Source: Klebsormidium nitens | Lineage: Eukaryota; Plantae; Klebsormidiophyceae | Length of the DNA: 64,000 bases | Direction of reading: 5' to 3' | Assembly (NCBI GenBank): GCA_000708835.1 | Contig: DF237345.1 | Location: 22,221-86,220 of the forward strand | In this document: positions 23,501-35,380 of the stretch, in pieces | Layout: each line of letters opens with the position of its first letter | Position numbering within the stretch: the stretch's first letter is position 1 | Made by a program: the position numbers and the translations under genes | Notes under the pieces: model-generated | What the model was told of the DNA's origin: nothing | What the model saw: only the letters and a program-made list of their open reading frames with translations | The model's database searches: none

Positions 23501-26500
23501 ATTCTTCGTCGTTTCGTGCCTCTGGCTATGGTAAGTTTCATAATCGAGGGTCGAACCGGGCGGTCGAGAATGGTGCTAAAATTTTGTCGGAGACTGCTAG
23601 CGGCCTTGTCGACTGCTTGCGGCCTTCTGGAGCGCATGGGCGCCCAGAATGCCGGCCGCATTTTCGGTCACACGCTGTACAGTAGACTCTTCTCCGTCCC
23701 AAGCGTTTCCAGCTCTTTGGCGATCAAACAAGGGCTTATGCAGGTCAGCAGGGGGCTCATGTCCCACAGGGGCCCGTGGCATCCCCCCCAGATCGGTTCG
23801 TCTGCAAGTGCACGACGTGCTTTCAGAGGTACACGTTTCCGGACTCGAGCAAGGGCAAGTATGTGCGCTGCCAAAAGTGCCGGGGGGCATTCATGCCAAT
23901 GGAGGAGACGCCCAATGGCGGCGCGCCAGGGCCGCGCACAGCAGGTGAGAGCGGTCAATCGAACGTCGATCACCCTCCACTTCTCAAAAAGGGAAATTTT
24001 GACTCTGTTAGGAGTGGGGCGGTCCAGTATCAGAACTTCGGGATTTACCTTATGAGAGTCAAGTGCCAATCGACTTTTGTTGGAGGTTTGGAGTAAGGGC
24101 TGCTAAACTTGCTTGAAAAGTGCGGGCCTCATGAATTAAGGTGTATTTGGTAGTGGTGCGCTGCATTTTTAGTCCCTCGGTAAGCGCGTTCGACTCAGGG
24201 GCTCTCTTCACGGGTTCAGAGCCTCATGCTTCTTGGAGTTCGTCGTTAAAAGCGTGTCGCTTGTAGACAGGGCCTTTGGGCAAAATCCGCTTTACGTTCT
24301 TGTCGATCATGGCACTGGTACATTCTGGTATTGTGAATCGTGGTACCGATTCTTTTGATATGTTGGCACCCAAAGCCCGACCTTACGCGGATTTTGGTCA
24401 AGGAACAAATTGCAAGTGCCCTCTCCAACTTCGACAATCCAAGAGCTGTCCCCCAATCCGCTGTTCTTGACGCTCACAAGTTCTATACCCGTAAGCTGTC
24501 CCCCGCATTGCATCTTGATATTGAGAGTGCTTCCCCGCAACCCCTGTCGGTACAGCCGCGCCCCGAGCTGCTCCCCCGTCTTTTCCTGCAGCACCTGCGC
24601 CCGCTCCCGCTCCGACCCAGCCTCCAGTCGTCCGGCCGGCGCCGCCTCAGCCTCAGCCTCAGGGTCAGGCTCAAGCTCACGCTCATAGGGTGTTCGCACT
24701 GTAGTTTCTGAAATTGAAGAAAGTGACCACCCGAGCCTGATCGGGCTCGGTTTTGACCGGTACCGTTCGCAATGGATACCGTTGCGGCCGAGCACCGTCG
24801 CCTCGATCATGGTCTTCGGGCCCGAGAGAATTGAGCCCAAGCCTGATCGGTTTGGATGTCGACTCGATTCAAAATCGATCAGGCTTGGGCTCGAGATGTC
24901 CGAACCGAGCCCGATCGGGCTCGGTTTTGACCGAAAATTGCCAAGTGCGAATACCCCATCAGCCCCAGGCTCAGCATGCTTAAGACCAGAAAGTTATTAC
25001 CAGAGTTCAGGGCCAGCTGCCACACTGACGGTTTCTCGACCCCCAGCCTTTCTGGTTGACGCCGGCCCTACAGCCATCCCGCCGAAACTTGTTCCTTGTA
25101 GGTCTGGAATACTTTCAGAGGTCCAATATGTGTCGCCCTTTCCCGCCTGTGCAGCCCAGGGCGGCGGCACATTGTTGGGCGACCATTCGTCGGTGCAGCA
25201 CTACCACGTGTTGATCGAGGCCATGCGGCTCGCGTTCGCGGACTCGCTCGCATACATCGCCGACCCGCTCGTTGTGCACTGCCCCATCCAAGAACTGCTT
25301 TCAAAGGTGGATCACTCGACTCGCGCTAAGACTTTCGGTTAAGATTGACTAGGTTCTCCCTGGGGGTGTTGGAAAGAGGGTAATCTTGCACACGAAGCTT
25401 ACGCTATCCAGCTTCCCGGCAGTTCTACAGCTTCTCCCCAAGCAACCTGCCAGTTTTAGTGTCGACTAATGTAGACTGTTTTCAGTCGGCAGCAGACTGA
25501 ATAGCTTAGACTAATATTCTCAGTAAAACTGGCTGGATGGTCGGGAGAAGCTGTAAATTGGGAGGCGCGTGCGAGTCAGCTCCCTGCCGTCTCAAGCTAA
25601 GACCCTTGTCGCAACAATGAGAAAAGGGAGTGTTTTGAAAAAAAAGGGAAGGCACAGAAGATGTTGAGCAACACAAGCTTAGTCGTCTCTTTTGGCGGTC
25701 TCTTTTGCTCACCAATTTTCCCCTCTTTCGCCCTAATCCTCAACGATCAGTCAATCTTCCATAAACATGGGACCTTCCATCTGGCTCTCTTAGAGAATGC
25801 ACCACCATTGAATCCTTTCACCTCAGCGTAGGATGCGTTTTTCCTTTTTCGATGTTTCGGAAGCAGCTCATACTGCCTGGTAAACTTGTTTCAAAAGCCA
25901 AGATCGTTGAGACATCAAGTGCGCGGAACTTTTGATTGTCTTGTGTTGACATCGTAGATAACAGCGTTCGAAGTTTGAAGCCGCCGTCTGAGCGGATAGA
26001 GGCGAGAAGCTATGTGACACTGACAGTTCCATATTCTCAGCAGGTGTATGTTTCTTTACCGTCATTATGCCTCGATCAACAAGGTAGGTCTCGATCAACT
26101 GCCGTTCCGTTCAACCAAGTTCTCCGTGTCTCGCAGGAGCACGGAAAGGAGCGCGCGGCCCTCATCGACCTTGAAAAAGCGATCCACGTCACGCCCAGCA
26201 TCCAGGGCGGAGGCTCGGACACCGTTTACTTTTGCGTTGTCGACGGGAAGGGGAACGCCTGCAGTATGATTAACAGGTGAGAATCGGCACACCTCCTTTT
26301 GAGGTCCGCCAGCATCCTCTCGTATCTCCCAGCAAACTCACCTTGGATAAGACAAGGGATCTGTGCACACTAGCCCGAGTTTCTGAGTCACCTTGAGAAG
26401 CAATGACACTTCAAAAATAGATAGCTTTAGGAATAGTAAGATCACCAGCCTGGGACGGGTAGGGTTAGTTTGGGGTTTAGGGTGGGTCCGGGTGCGGAGC

Positions 26501-29120
26501 AGGTACTTTATAGGTCAGGCTTCTACTTTTTTCGATTCGAGCTTAGAATTCCTGAAGCTTATTAGTCCTAAAGTGTCAAGACGTCTGGTCGGGGCCTTCC
26601 CGGCCTTCTCAAGGTCTGTCAGCGACCAAGTGGGACTTCGGTGTAGCGGAGACCCCGGTTACCTTTTCGGATACCGATCAAAAAGGAGCTTACAGACGGA
26701 GCTTCTGGTCTGTGCTGCAGTAACTTCATGGGTTTCGGGACGGGCATCATTCCGGAAGGCTGCGGCTTCTCGTTACAAGTGAGCCAGCACATGTTGCTAT
26801 CCCTTCCACTCAAGCCCGCAGTACGTCTTTGTGCCGCATGGCCGCGGATGGCCCTGGATCGCCCACCCCGCAATCAATCTGACGCCTGTAGACTTTTGTA
26901 CCGTCGTCACCTCAGACTCAACAGGTCAGAAAAGCAAGAAAGCATTCCACAGAACAGAGGTCGATGTCTGTTTGCATCCGGCGAAATGTTATGCTCGAGC
27001 ACAACCCTAAGGCTCCAACCTTGCAAAGCTGTTTTCTCCCCATCATCCCAACCTCCAAGGTTCTTCAAATGGTACCGAGGCCGAGGTTACCGCTTGAATT
27101 TAGACCTTTATGGACCTGAACCTGCGCCCGAGCAAATGTATGTCAATAGTTCAAAACTAACTTGTTTGCTCCTAAGAGCCGCGGATATGGTTTCAGTATT
27201 TAACGGCAATCCAACGGTACTCCAACGGTACCTCATCGCATCAGCTCTTGTGAGCGGCCGATTCTGAAGCTACTGATAGATCGACTTGAGAATCCTGGAA
27301 CATAAACGTGAGCATCTACAAGCCCGATGGCCCCTTGATCGTCTTCTTCAGGTTGCAGCTCCAAATCCAACCCTTGCCTAGCGCAACCCTAACCCCACAG
27401 CGTCCCACGACCTATACCACACGAAGTACTTACCCCGCAGTCTCAGAAAGAAAGCTTAAAACCCTCTTCAACTTGAAAGCCAGCCCTTTTCTTTTCACAA
27501 ACGCGGCCACGGCTCTCGCGCATCGGCTCTTTGACCCGCATCTCGATCACATACCGAGCGTCAAAACACATCAAGTGAATGCTGAGTAAGCCGAAAAGCG
27601 ACTCTTACGCAACGTTTCCCGTCTCAGAATCGCGGATACGGCTTCAGCCTCGACCCCGCGCACCCCAACTGCATCGGCCCGCGCAAGCGGCCGTACCACA
27701 CGATTATTCCGGGGCTCGCGACCTACGCCCCGGAAGACGGGGACGAGTCACACGCGGGCGACCTGTTCGGACCGTTCGGCGTGATGGGCGGCTTCATGCA
27801 GCCGCAGGGGCACCTGCAGGTGATTGTGAACCTGCTGGACCACGGGATGGATCCCCAGGTGAGCTTCCGTGCTGGTTTCCGCCCGTTCCGTTCTTCGTTC
27901 CGGCCTTTTCTCTTGAGGCTTGCAGCGGAAGCTGGCAGCCCCAGGGGCACTTGCAGGTGGTCGCGAACCTGCTGGACCACGGGATGGATCCCCAGGTGAG
28001 CGAGTCGCCCGCGATTTCAATTCCGTGCTTGTCTCCCTCCATTCAGCATTGAACACGCCTTGCAAAGAGAGTGGTTCGTAGAAAGGGCTCCAGCTTTCGC
28101 CCACTTGACACGTTCCGGTCAGAATTCCAATTATGGCGGAGCAAACCGGCGAACCCCGGTCCAATAGGCCTGGATTCAGAGGAGCGACCACTCCGTGCTG
28201 CCGCAGGCTGCGCTGGACGCCCCACGCTTCTGCATCTCGGGCCTCCCCGGCGTGCGCCACTCGGCGGAGCTCATCGCCAACAGCCAGTGCTACCTCGAGG
28301 ACCAGCCCGGCGCGCACGAGAAGGCCGCCAAGCTGCGGGCGATGGGCCACGAGGTCAGCCGCTGAGGTCATCCTGCTCAGAGATGACGTCACCCGATTGA
28401 TTCCGTCCGGCCTCTGTGACGTCGTCCAATATCATTGCTGAGGTTCAGCTAAAAGAGGTCCGCTATAGGCACTGAGAGCGGCGCCATTGCTTTTGAATTG
28501 GAATTGTCGCTTCTTTCTCATATCGCCCCTGCTTTCTGCTTTCAGATCAAGGTCCTGAGCAGCCACGATCGGGCGAGCTTTGGACGAGGCCAGGTAAGGG
28601 CGCTGGCCCGTGATTTGCCTTGCCGGAAACCGAGAACAAAAAGGATAACTAGCATGGACAGCTTACAGAAGAAATACAGGGAGAAAGGGCGAGGGTGCGA
28701 CGCTCTGCATGCAGCTTTCTCCCAACCCACTTATTTGGCGGCGGTGCTGATTGATTATGGAGTGGAAAAGGATTTCCAGGTGTCAGAAAACCACTTTTCT
28801 GAATGGTCCGCTAGCGTGACCGGCTTATCGCAAGGTTAGGGCTTCTCCTTGCAAGCCTTCTGGCAGGCGGTAAAGAGCTTCTTGGACGGGGGAGGGGCTC
28901 AACGAACTTCGAGGAGAGAATCCTTTTAAATCATTCAAAAGGCACATGCGCTGCTCGTCAGGGGTTGCATTGGCTACACTGACCGTGTGGAGGTGATCAG
29001 ATGTAAGAAACGGATCTCAGACATTGCATCTCCTCGCAGATTATTGTCCGAGACCGGAAAACGGGGGTTCTTTGGGCGGGTTCGGATCCACGAGCGGACG
29101 GGTGTGCCATGGGTTGGTGA
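20535..29120 (+). CDS. GGT: Gamma-glutamyltranspeptidase / glutathione hydrolase proenzyme (YwrD-like Ntn-hydrolase), 13 exons
   Basis: Spliced motifs in order: [113 protein letters not shown] (autocatalytic Thr), [45 protein letters not shown]. First exon 20535-20690; last exon 29040-29120. Confidence 0.95.
23528..24704 (+). CDS. Candidate nested gene: small CxxC-x17-CxxC zinc-ribbon protein with a Pro/Gln-rich tail (~97 aa), inside GGT intron 23430-25154
   Basis: ATG|gtaagt at 23528-23530, cacag|GGG at 23770, exon to 23944 |gtgaga, ttttcctgcag| at 24592 and TAG at 24702-24704 join in phase. Product: [96 protein letters not shown]. Confidence 0.65.
24731..24933. repeat. Palindrome/hairpin element in GGT intron
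   Basis: A 29-bp direct repeat at 24731-24759 and 24905-24933 contains the palindrome ccgagcccgatcgggctcgg (perfect in the second copy). Between the copies is a perfect 17-bp inverted repeat (24833-24849 / 24876-24892). Confidence 0.85.
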
Positions 29121-30616
29121 CGTGTTTTCGAAGACCGGGTATCCTTTCTCTTCGTTTGTGCTTGCGTCGTTTGTACTGACTACCTATGCTGAAGCAGATA
29201 GGATCACTGTGGTAGTAATGGACAGGAAAAACAGAACCGCCACAAAAAGCATAGGAAATACTGCTGATACTGTGGGCTGCGCAGATATTGTGTCCGCGAC
29301 GGCTTGTGAGCGTTCATGGTCCGTGAAAATCGTATATGTTATAGACCGCATGACGGGCGGCCGGGAGACTGTGGCATGGTTTTCATGCATCCAATTCTGC
29401 ACATGTCTGCCAGGGGGCATTGAGCCGTGAGGGTGCTAACCAGTCATGCAGGCAGTATGAATCATACTAAGCTAGATGCCGTCACTACAAGGTATGTTCA
29501 AGATTCTTCCAAAGCGGGAATGACGTCGGAGTTGGTCTTCATGGGTCACTGAGTGACGCACATGCACGTACGTAGTATGCCAGGCGGCACTGCGCCCACT
29601 CAACGTAAGTTCAGTGCATATGTTGCGATGATAGTACCTAGACGCGGGCCGGATCCTGGGCCATGGTTTGACGTCAAATTTCTGCGAGCTTAAGTTAGGC
29701 GGTTCATCATGTATATACCGTAGTTGCATGGTTGGACGTGATGCCTGTGTACGACGCATATACCGGTACAGCCTGCAGTAGCATGCAGCTGAGCGATCAA
29801 TCAATCATAAACAACAATGCGCTGATGGGAGGAAACGCGGCCATGCAGAGGACTTAATACCGTACCAAGCCATCAATCTCATCAATTTAATTGTTGTAGG
29901 GATCAGAACATCTGGGGACCGTGACTTATGCAGAGATACAACGACTTTTAGTTGCCAGTCGGCCTGCAGGCCGGGGTCAGCAAAATCACTGGGCATCGCT
30001 ACAATTGTAAAAAATTGCAATTCCTCAATAATTATCCGACCCCGTGTCCACAACTTCAGCTTGCCAGTGTATTTCGCAAGCAATCCATGGCCTCGGCTTT
30101 GCTAAGACTCTGATCCTTACTGAAAACTGGTCGATCAACAACGCCAGATCGAGTGGCTTATTGGCTGATTCAAACCTGCAAACCTGTCTTAGGCTGGACC
30201 AGATCAAGCTCAGCTTAACTCGCTCCAACAGCTACGTACCTCTAACGAAGTTCAAAGGAATAAAGTCATTAGGATTCTATGTGACTGGGTGCTCTGAAGA
30301 TTCGCCCGTCGCAACGCGAGTGAACATGGGCCCTCCAATATGCCTGGTCCAAGTTCATCGAGCCAACCTCCGGGAGCTTCAAAGCTTCAATTCAGAGTCT
30401 CAAAATAAAGATAAAGGAACGTTTGGGGTAGGCCATCAACTTCTATAACCTCAATCCCGGAACCGTGGGATGGAAGTCCTTGAAGTAGGCCATAGAACTT
30501 CAGAATACATATCGGCTTCAGAAGCTCAGAACATTATTTTGTATTTATGAATAATCTGGCCATACGCAGCTCATCAGCTGGAGTCTGCGGACTAGCACAC
30601 CGCTTTTCTCAGAAGC

Positions 30617-33600
30617 TTAAAACAGATGGAACTCCTTGGGGAAGGCCAGGATGGAGCCGTCGGCAGCGGGGCTGAGGTCAACGCCCAAACCGGAAACGAC
30701 GTATCCGTCCACCCCGCGGTACTTTCCGGTTCCGCCAACGATGGCGATCTCCGTAACCTGCAGCAGACGGAAAACAACGATTAGGATCATCTCTTGCTCT
30801 TGAAAAGACTCGGATCTGGTGGAAAGTGACTCTTGAGTCCAACGTGATTTGCACCCGGCTGTCAAGTTCGGTTTTGACTGCGACCCCTAGGGAAATGTCT
30901 GATCGCCCATGTACGTTTTTTGAATAGGATCACAAAGATATTATGAGCGCCGTTTTCCACGGTCGAACGCAGCTTCGACTCCCTGCAGCTGACGCTCAGA
31001 ACCCGTCTGAAATGGACGCTTTTGCTGGTCACCCCCTGTCAAACTCCATCAATAAAATCCTGACACTATTTCGGAAACGCGAGCTTGATAACGTTGTTTG
31101 CACTAGATGAAGGATCCGGGGGACGAATGGGGTTTGCAATTTGGGGTTAAGGTGGACGCGCCGGGTGGGGAGTATTCTGTGTCACGAATTCGATGAGGGT
31201 GCCCGGTGCTTTGGTGTGTGAGTGCGCAAGCAAGAGCAAACTTTATTATTATGAGGCTTTTGACCTGATAGGGCGGTCACATATGAACATTTTCGGGGTG
31301 CACCGTCCCCCAGCTAGGGACCGAATTTCTGTCCTTTCAGGGACCGTAAATTACCGGTGATTTCGTCCCGCAAAATTTTAACCCAGCATTCTGGGGGACG
31401 GTGCGCTCCTCATAAGGGACGCCGGTAAAACTACTACGGGACGGTTGGCACCCACTCCTCGGACAGTCTGTGTCGCCGTATATTTCGAGAAGCTTTAAGT
31501 TGTCGCATGATGCGTCCTTGAGTGAAATCTGACCAAAGCCGATTCTTGAGGACCATATTGCGCTCCCTCAGGGAACACTCGCCACTTCCCCGAGAACTCA
31601 TACGTGACCGCCCCATGAGGAGATCAAGACTATTTAACCCTCCTCTGACCGAAGGGAATGAAGCCTCACCGGCCTAAATAAACGAGGTCCCGGGCGAGTT
31701 TTCTTACCACGGTAGCTGCGGTGCCGAGGGTGTTGATCGCGTCTACCGGGCCCTTGATCTCCTCGGTGGTGAAGTAGAAAGTGGTGGAAGCAGTCAGATA
31801 GTCGACGCCGTCCGCCGCGAAAAACGTGGTATCGCTCTCGACGTATGTGCCCACCACGGTCTTGAGGTCGGACGCCAGAATAGGGCCCCTGCAACAAATT
31901 TCACAGGAGGGTTTTGGCTGCTAACCAAGCTCATCACCTGACCGGGCGCGCTGTAACTTCGTCTGGTTACTGGACATCATTAACCAGATTTTAACCAGCC
32001 CAGAACCAGCCAAGAACCACCCATGGTGAAGGCGGAAAGCTCGTGCACGTGTGAATGGCACAAGGGGGTACGTTGAGGGACTGAAGAATGTCGGGGCGAG
32101 TAGATCATCTGGTGGTGTAATTGTCCCGACTCACATGCAGGGCCAACGAGCAACGCACACTTGCTACAGTGTACCTGCCAGGCAATGAAAACAAGCCAGG
32201 CGACTCGAACAACGGTTTTCTAACCGAGAGGCGCGGGCACGAAACACGGAGGCGAGATTTGACAGATTCGCGGTCTGCAGTCATAACGTGCTTTCTTATA
32301 ACGAAGGTGATATACGGCTCAGGAACGGTCATGTTTGGGGTTGCGGGGATAGCGACTTTGACCAGCTTGTTGATCATGATCTGCATTGGCCAGGTTTCCC
32401 GATGCGGATCACTTTCAAATTGCCTGTATTTCCATTTGGTCTGCCTGTGCAAAACTATCATTACACAAGTTCCGGCAGGCAGACGTCGAGTGAGACTACT
32501 CAGAACTCGGTTGTGAGTAGTTGACTCGTTAGATCCTACTGCTCAAAGTGAGATCAGATTGTTGAAGACTGACAGCTTATACGATCACGGGAATGTCTAC
32601 CTTACCTAGTCGTCCGTCACAAGTGGGCTTCCATTTCAAGACCACAAATCGAGCTGGAGTTTCAGTGCTAATGACGAGATCGTAGAAGCTGCCGAAAGCT
32701 TTCGAGGCCGATCCGTTTGCGGACGGCCGGACGAGACTCTGACGGACTGCCACGTCGTGGCTCTTCTTCAATACGTAGGACAGCGCAGTCTACTACTAGG
32801 TTCGACTGTAGTTTGCTTCCGCACAAACAGCTAGTAGAAGCCGTGGTTTGTGGCTCCCGATTGCAGCTGTGATGTTGACGTCAGCCTGACGGATGCTCAC
32901 TTGTAAAGGCAGATGTCGCCGAAGGCAAAGCCGCCCCCGGGGGCCGCCGCCTGGTCAGCGCAGTTCGTCTCGGGGTTGCTGAAGTCGAACACGATGTACA
33001 CCGTGCCCAGCTGCACGGGAAAAGCAAGTATCAACGAGGCTGGTTAGCCTTGGGTTACCAGCACTGCACCAGCGGCCTGGTCGCTTCAAGCATTATGTAT
33101 GCGTTTTGAAGCCCTTTTTAGGTCATTAGCGGGTTGATACGCAGTATCTTAGGTCCGAACCGCGAGGGAAGTTGGGGGCTTACGAACTCCGGCCAAGGAC
33201 AGGTTCCTCGTTTTCCAAGGATTGACTGAAGCAAGTACGGCCGAGAATCAGCACCCACTCTGCTCTTCCCAAGTCTTTTCTTCCTTGGCACCATCTGCTT
33301 CAGCGAAGCTTCGAGTAATATGCCACCGTTTAGTAGTGGATGGTTGAAGTGAGTGGCATCTTAGACACTCAACTGGTCGCAAAATGCATACGGCACTAAC
33401 AGAGAACAGACCAATGCGTGAGATGAAAAGGTTGGCGCGCACTGGTCAGCTCTTTTCTAGTTGGGCGAGAAACACCGTTTACCAAACCTGGTTAGAGGCT
33501 CGTCCAGTGCCCTTCTACTCAATAGAACGTGGTTAAACCCTGGTTGAATGCCCCGTGACCAAGCTTGGTTAAGAGCGACAGAAGATTGGGTTTGCACTTA

Positions 33601-35380
33601 CTGGTCCCGACGTGGTTGGGGCAGGTGTGGTTGCGTTGGTGGTTGGCGCCGGAGTCAATGTCGCTGGCGGGGGGGTGCCTGCGCAGGTGGCGGTGACCCC
33701 CCCCTCGCCGGTGCTGGGGCCACAGGCCCCGGGGCAGCAGATGCTGGCATTGCCGGGGGCGTTGTAGCAGGGGTTGGGGGCGGCGGGGGTGCAATCTGGG
33801 GGGCAGAAGAGAAGGTATTTTTGGAGGGATTTTGGAAAGAATAAGAAAGGGAATGTGGGATGGAGGAGAGAAGGAAATGGCAGATGGCGTAGAGATGCAA
33901 AGAAAGAAAGGTTTAGGACTTTTACAGGTTTTGTGAGGGAATGAAGTTGAGGAGAGAATGCGAATAGAAGGAAGAAAGATTTGCAGCTTTTGGAGGGTTT
34001 GTCCGGGCAAAGAAGGCGGGCAGCTCTGGGGCGAAGAATGATGAGACGATCTGGACACTGGCCCTGCTAAATGCAGGCAGAGAAAGAGGACAGTGAGATG
34101 GGGACCAATCTTGATAATTGGCGTGCGAACCCCCCGCGAACCCGCCACATTACCTCCCCACTTCTGACTCTCCGTAGAAGCCCCCACAACTTAAGTTAGG
34201 ACTCGCACAGAGCCGGCTCCAGACAAACTCCCAAAGTATAATGCCGGGACGCAGGACTGTTCAACACAATGCCATTGCAATGTCTTGCCACTAAGTTTTG
34301 GCAGTCCTACCCGCCCTGCTTTGTGAATCCCCCCAGTTCATAGTGCATTGCCTACCTTGCATGATGACAACTTTCAGGTTTTGACAGGAGAGCTTCAAAA
34401 TTATGCAAATCTACTTTGGTGCATTATGCAGGCAAGACCTTCCCGCGAGATACACCTTCATAGCTCCTCCGTAATTCAACACAAATCTTAAAACTCTTGC
34501 AAACTGATTCTACTCGATCTCGCTGCATTGTGTGTCCCTCCTTATGCGATAGCAGCAGCCTCCTTGCATGGATTTAATGGCTTGAAAACTTGGTTGTGAC
34601 AATGCAACACTTCAAAGCATCAATTATGACGTCTATCTGTATTGACAACACCCTCAGAAGTATTGGAGCTCTGATTATGAATGTACTGTCGTGCTCAATG
34701 CAGAAAGAAAAAGATTGCAGACAGATATTTACAAAAGTGTTCTCCCCTCTCACTTTACCAGCCATACTCACGCCCAGATCCAGATCAGTTCACCAAAAGG
34801 AACCCATCTCTTACACGCATAAGAGGGAGTTACCCCCACCCCCAGATCTCCCAAGCTGCTGTGCATATCTGGAGCATTGGTGCCCTCCATTATACACTCA
34901 TTGAGCTCCACAAAAAGGCATATCAGAACATGCACACGCACACAACAAAAGCTGCGGCAAGGATTCTCGTGGGCTTCTGGGCACATTTGCTTTCAAAGCC
35001 GGAAAAGGCTTTTCATGATCACAAGGGACAGGGCCTCAGAATCTGAATGAAGAGGTCATGCTCATGAGATGTGGAGCTTCGCCTGCGATGAGCCCAAGTA
35101 TCTCTCAAACTCGTCCAATGCTCGTTTAATAACGTGTTCAAATGAAGTCCAGACTCTGGGCAGTCTGGCTGTGTGTCTGCCCTAATATCTGTGTCCAGAC
35201 CTGTTCAACGTTATTCAAAGCCCTGTTCGGACCCCAACAAGGTTTGGACAGGTTTTGGACACCTGTTGGAAATGCTTTCTCACAGTACTGCGATCAGCAT
35301 CGCTCACCTGCGTTGGCAGCAGACAAGAAGCTGGCCAGGATGACCACGGCGCCAACCGCAAGGAGCGAAGCGCCCTTCAT
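30617..35380 (-). CDS. Secreted protein: signal peptide, Cys-rich module, Pro/Thr linker and dirigent/allene-oxide-cyclase-like beta-barrel (232 aa)
   Basis: Exons 35380-35308, 33795-33602, 33010-32901, 31888-31708, 30757-30617 join in phase (699 nt). Seen: signal peptide MKGASLLAVGAVVILASFLSAANA; module CTPAAPNPC..ICCPGAC..C; linker TPAPTTNATTPAPTT; barrel motifs FGDICLYKGPILASDLKTVVG, TTFYF and EIAIVGGTGKYRGVDGYV. Confidence 0.8.
31269..31615. mobile_element. MITE-like non-autonomous DNA element (~350 bp) in the last intron of the dirigent-like gene
   Basis: Terminal inverted repeats tagggcggtcacatatga (31269-31286) and tcatacgtgaccgcccca (31598-31615) differ at 2 positions and are flanked by TGA on both sides. 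There is an internal perfect 14-bp inverted repeat (31300-31313 / 31391-31404) and no credible internal ORF. Confidence 0.7.

Noticed and set aside
24307-24840. 177-aa minus-strand ORF in the GGT intron
   Set aside because: It is antisense to the Pro/Gln exon of the nested gene and to the palindrome cassette, with no motif or splice support.
26440-26490. Telomere-like gggttagtt/ggggtttaggg sequence (also ~17105-17170, ~46990-47020)
   Set aside because: Only one or two degenerate units each; not an interstitial telomere array.
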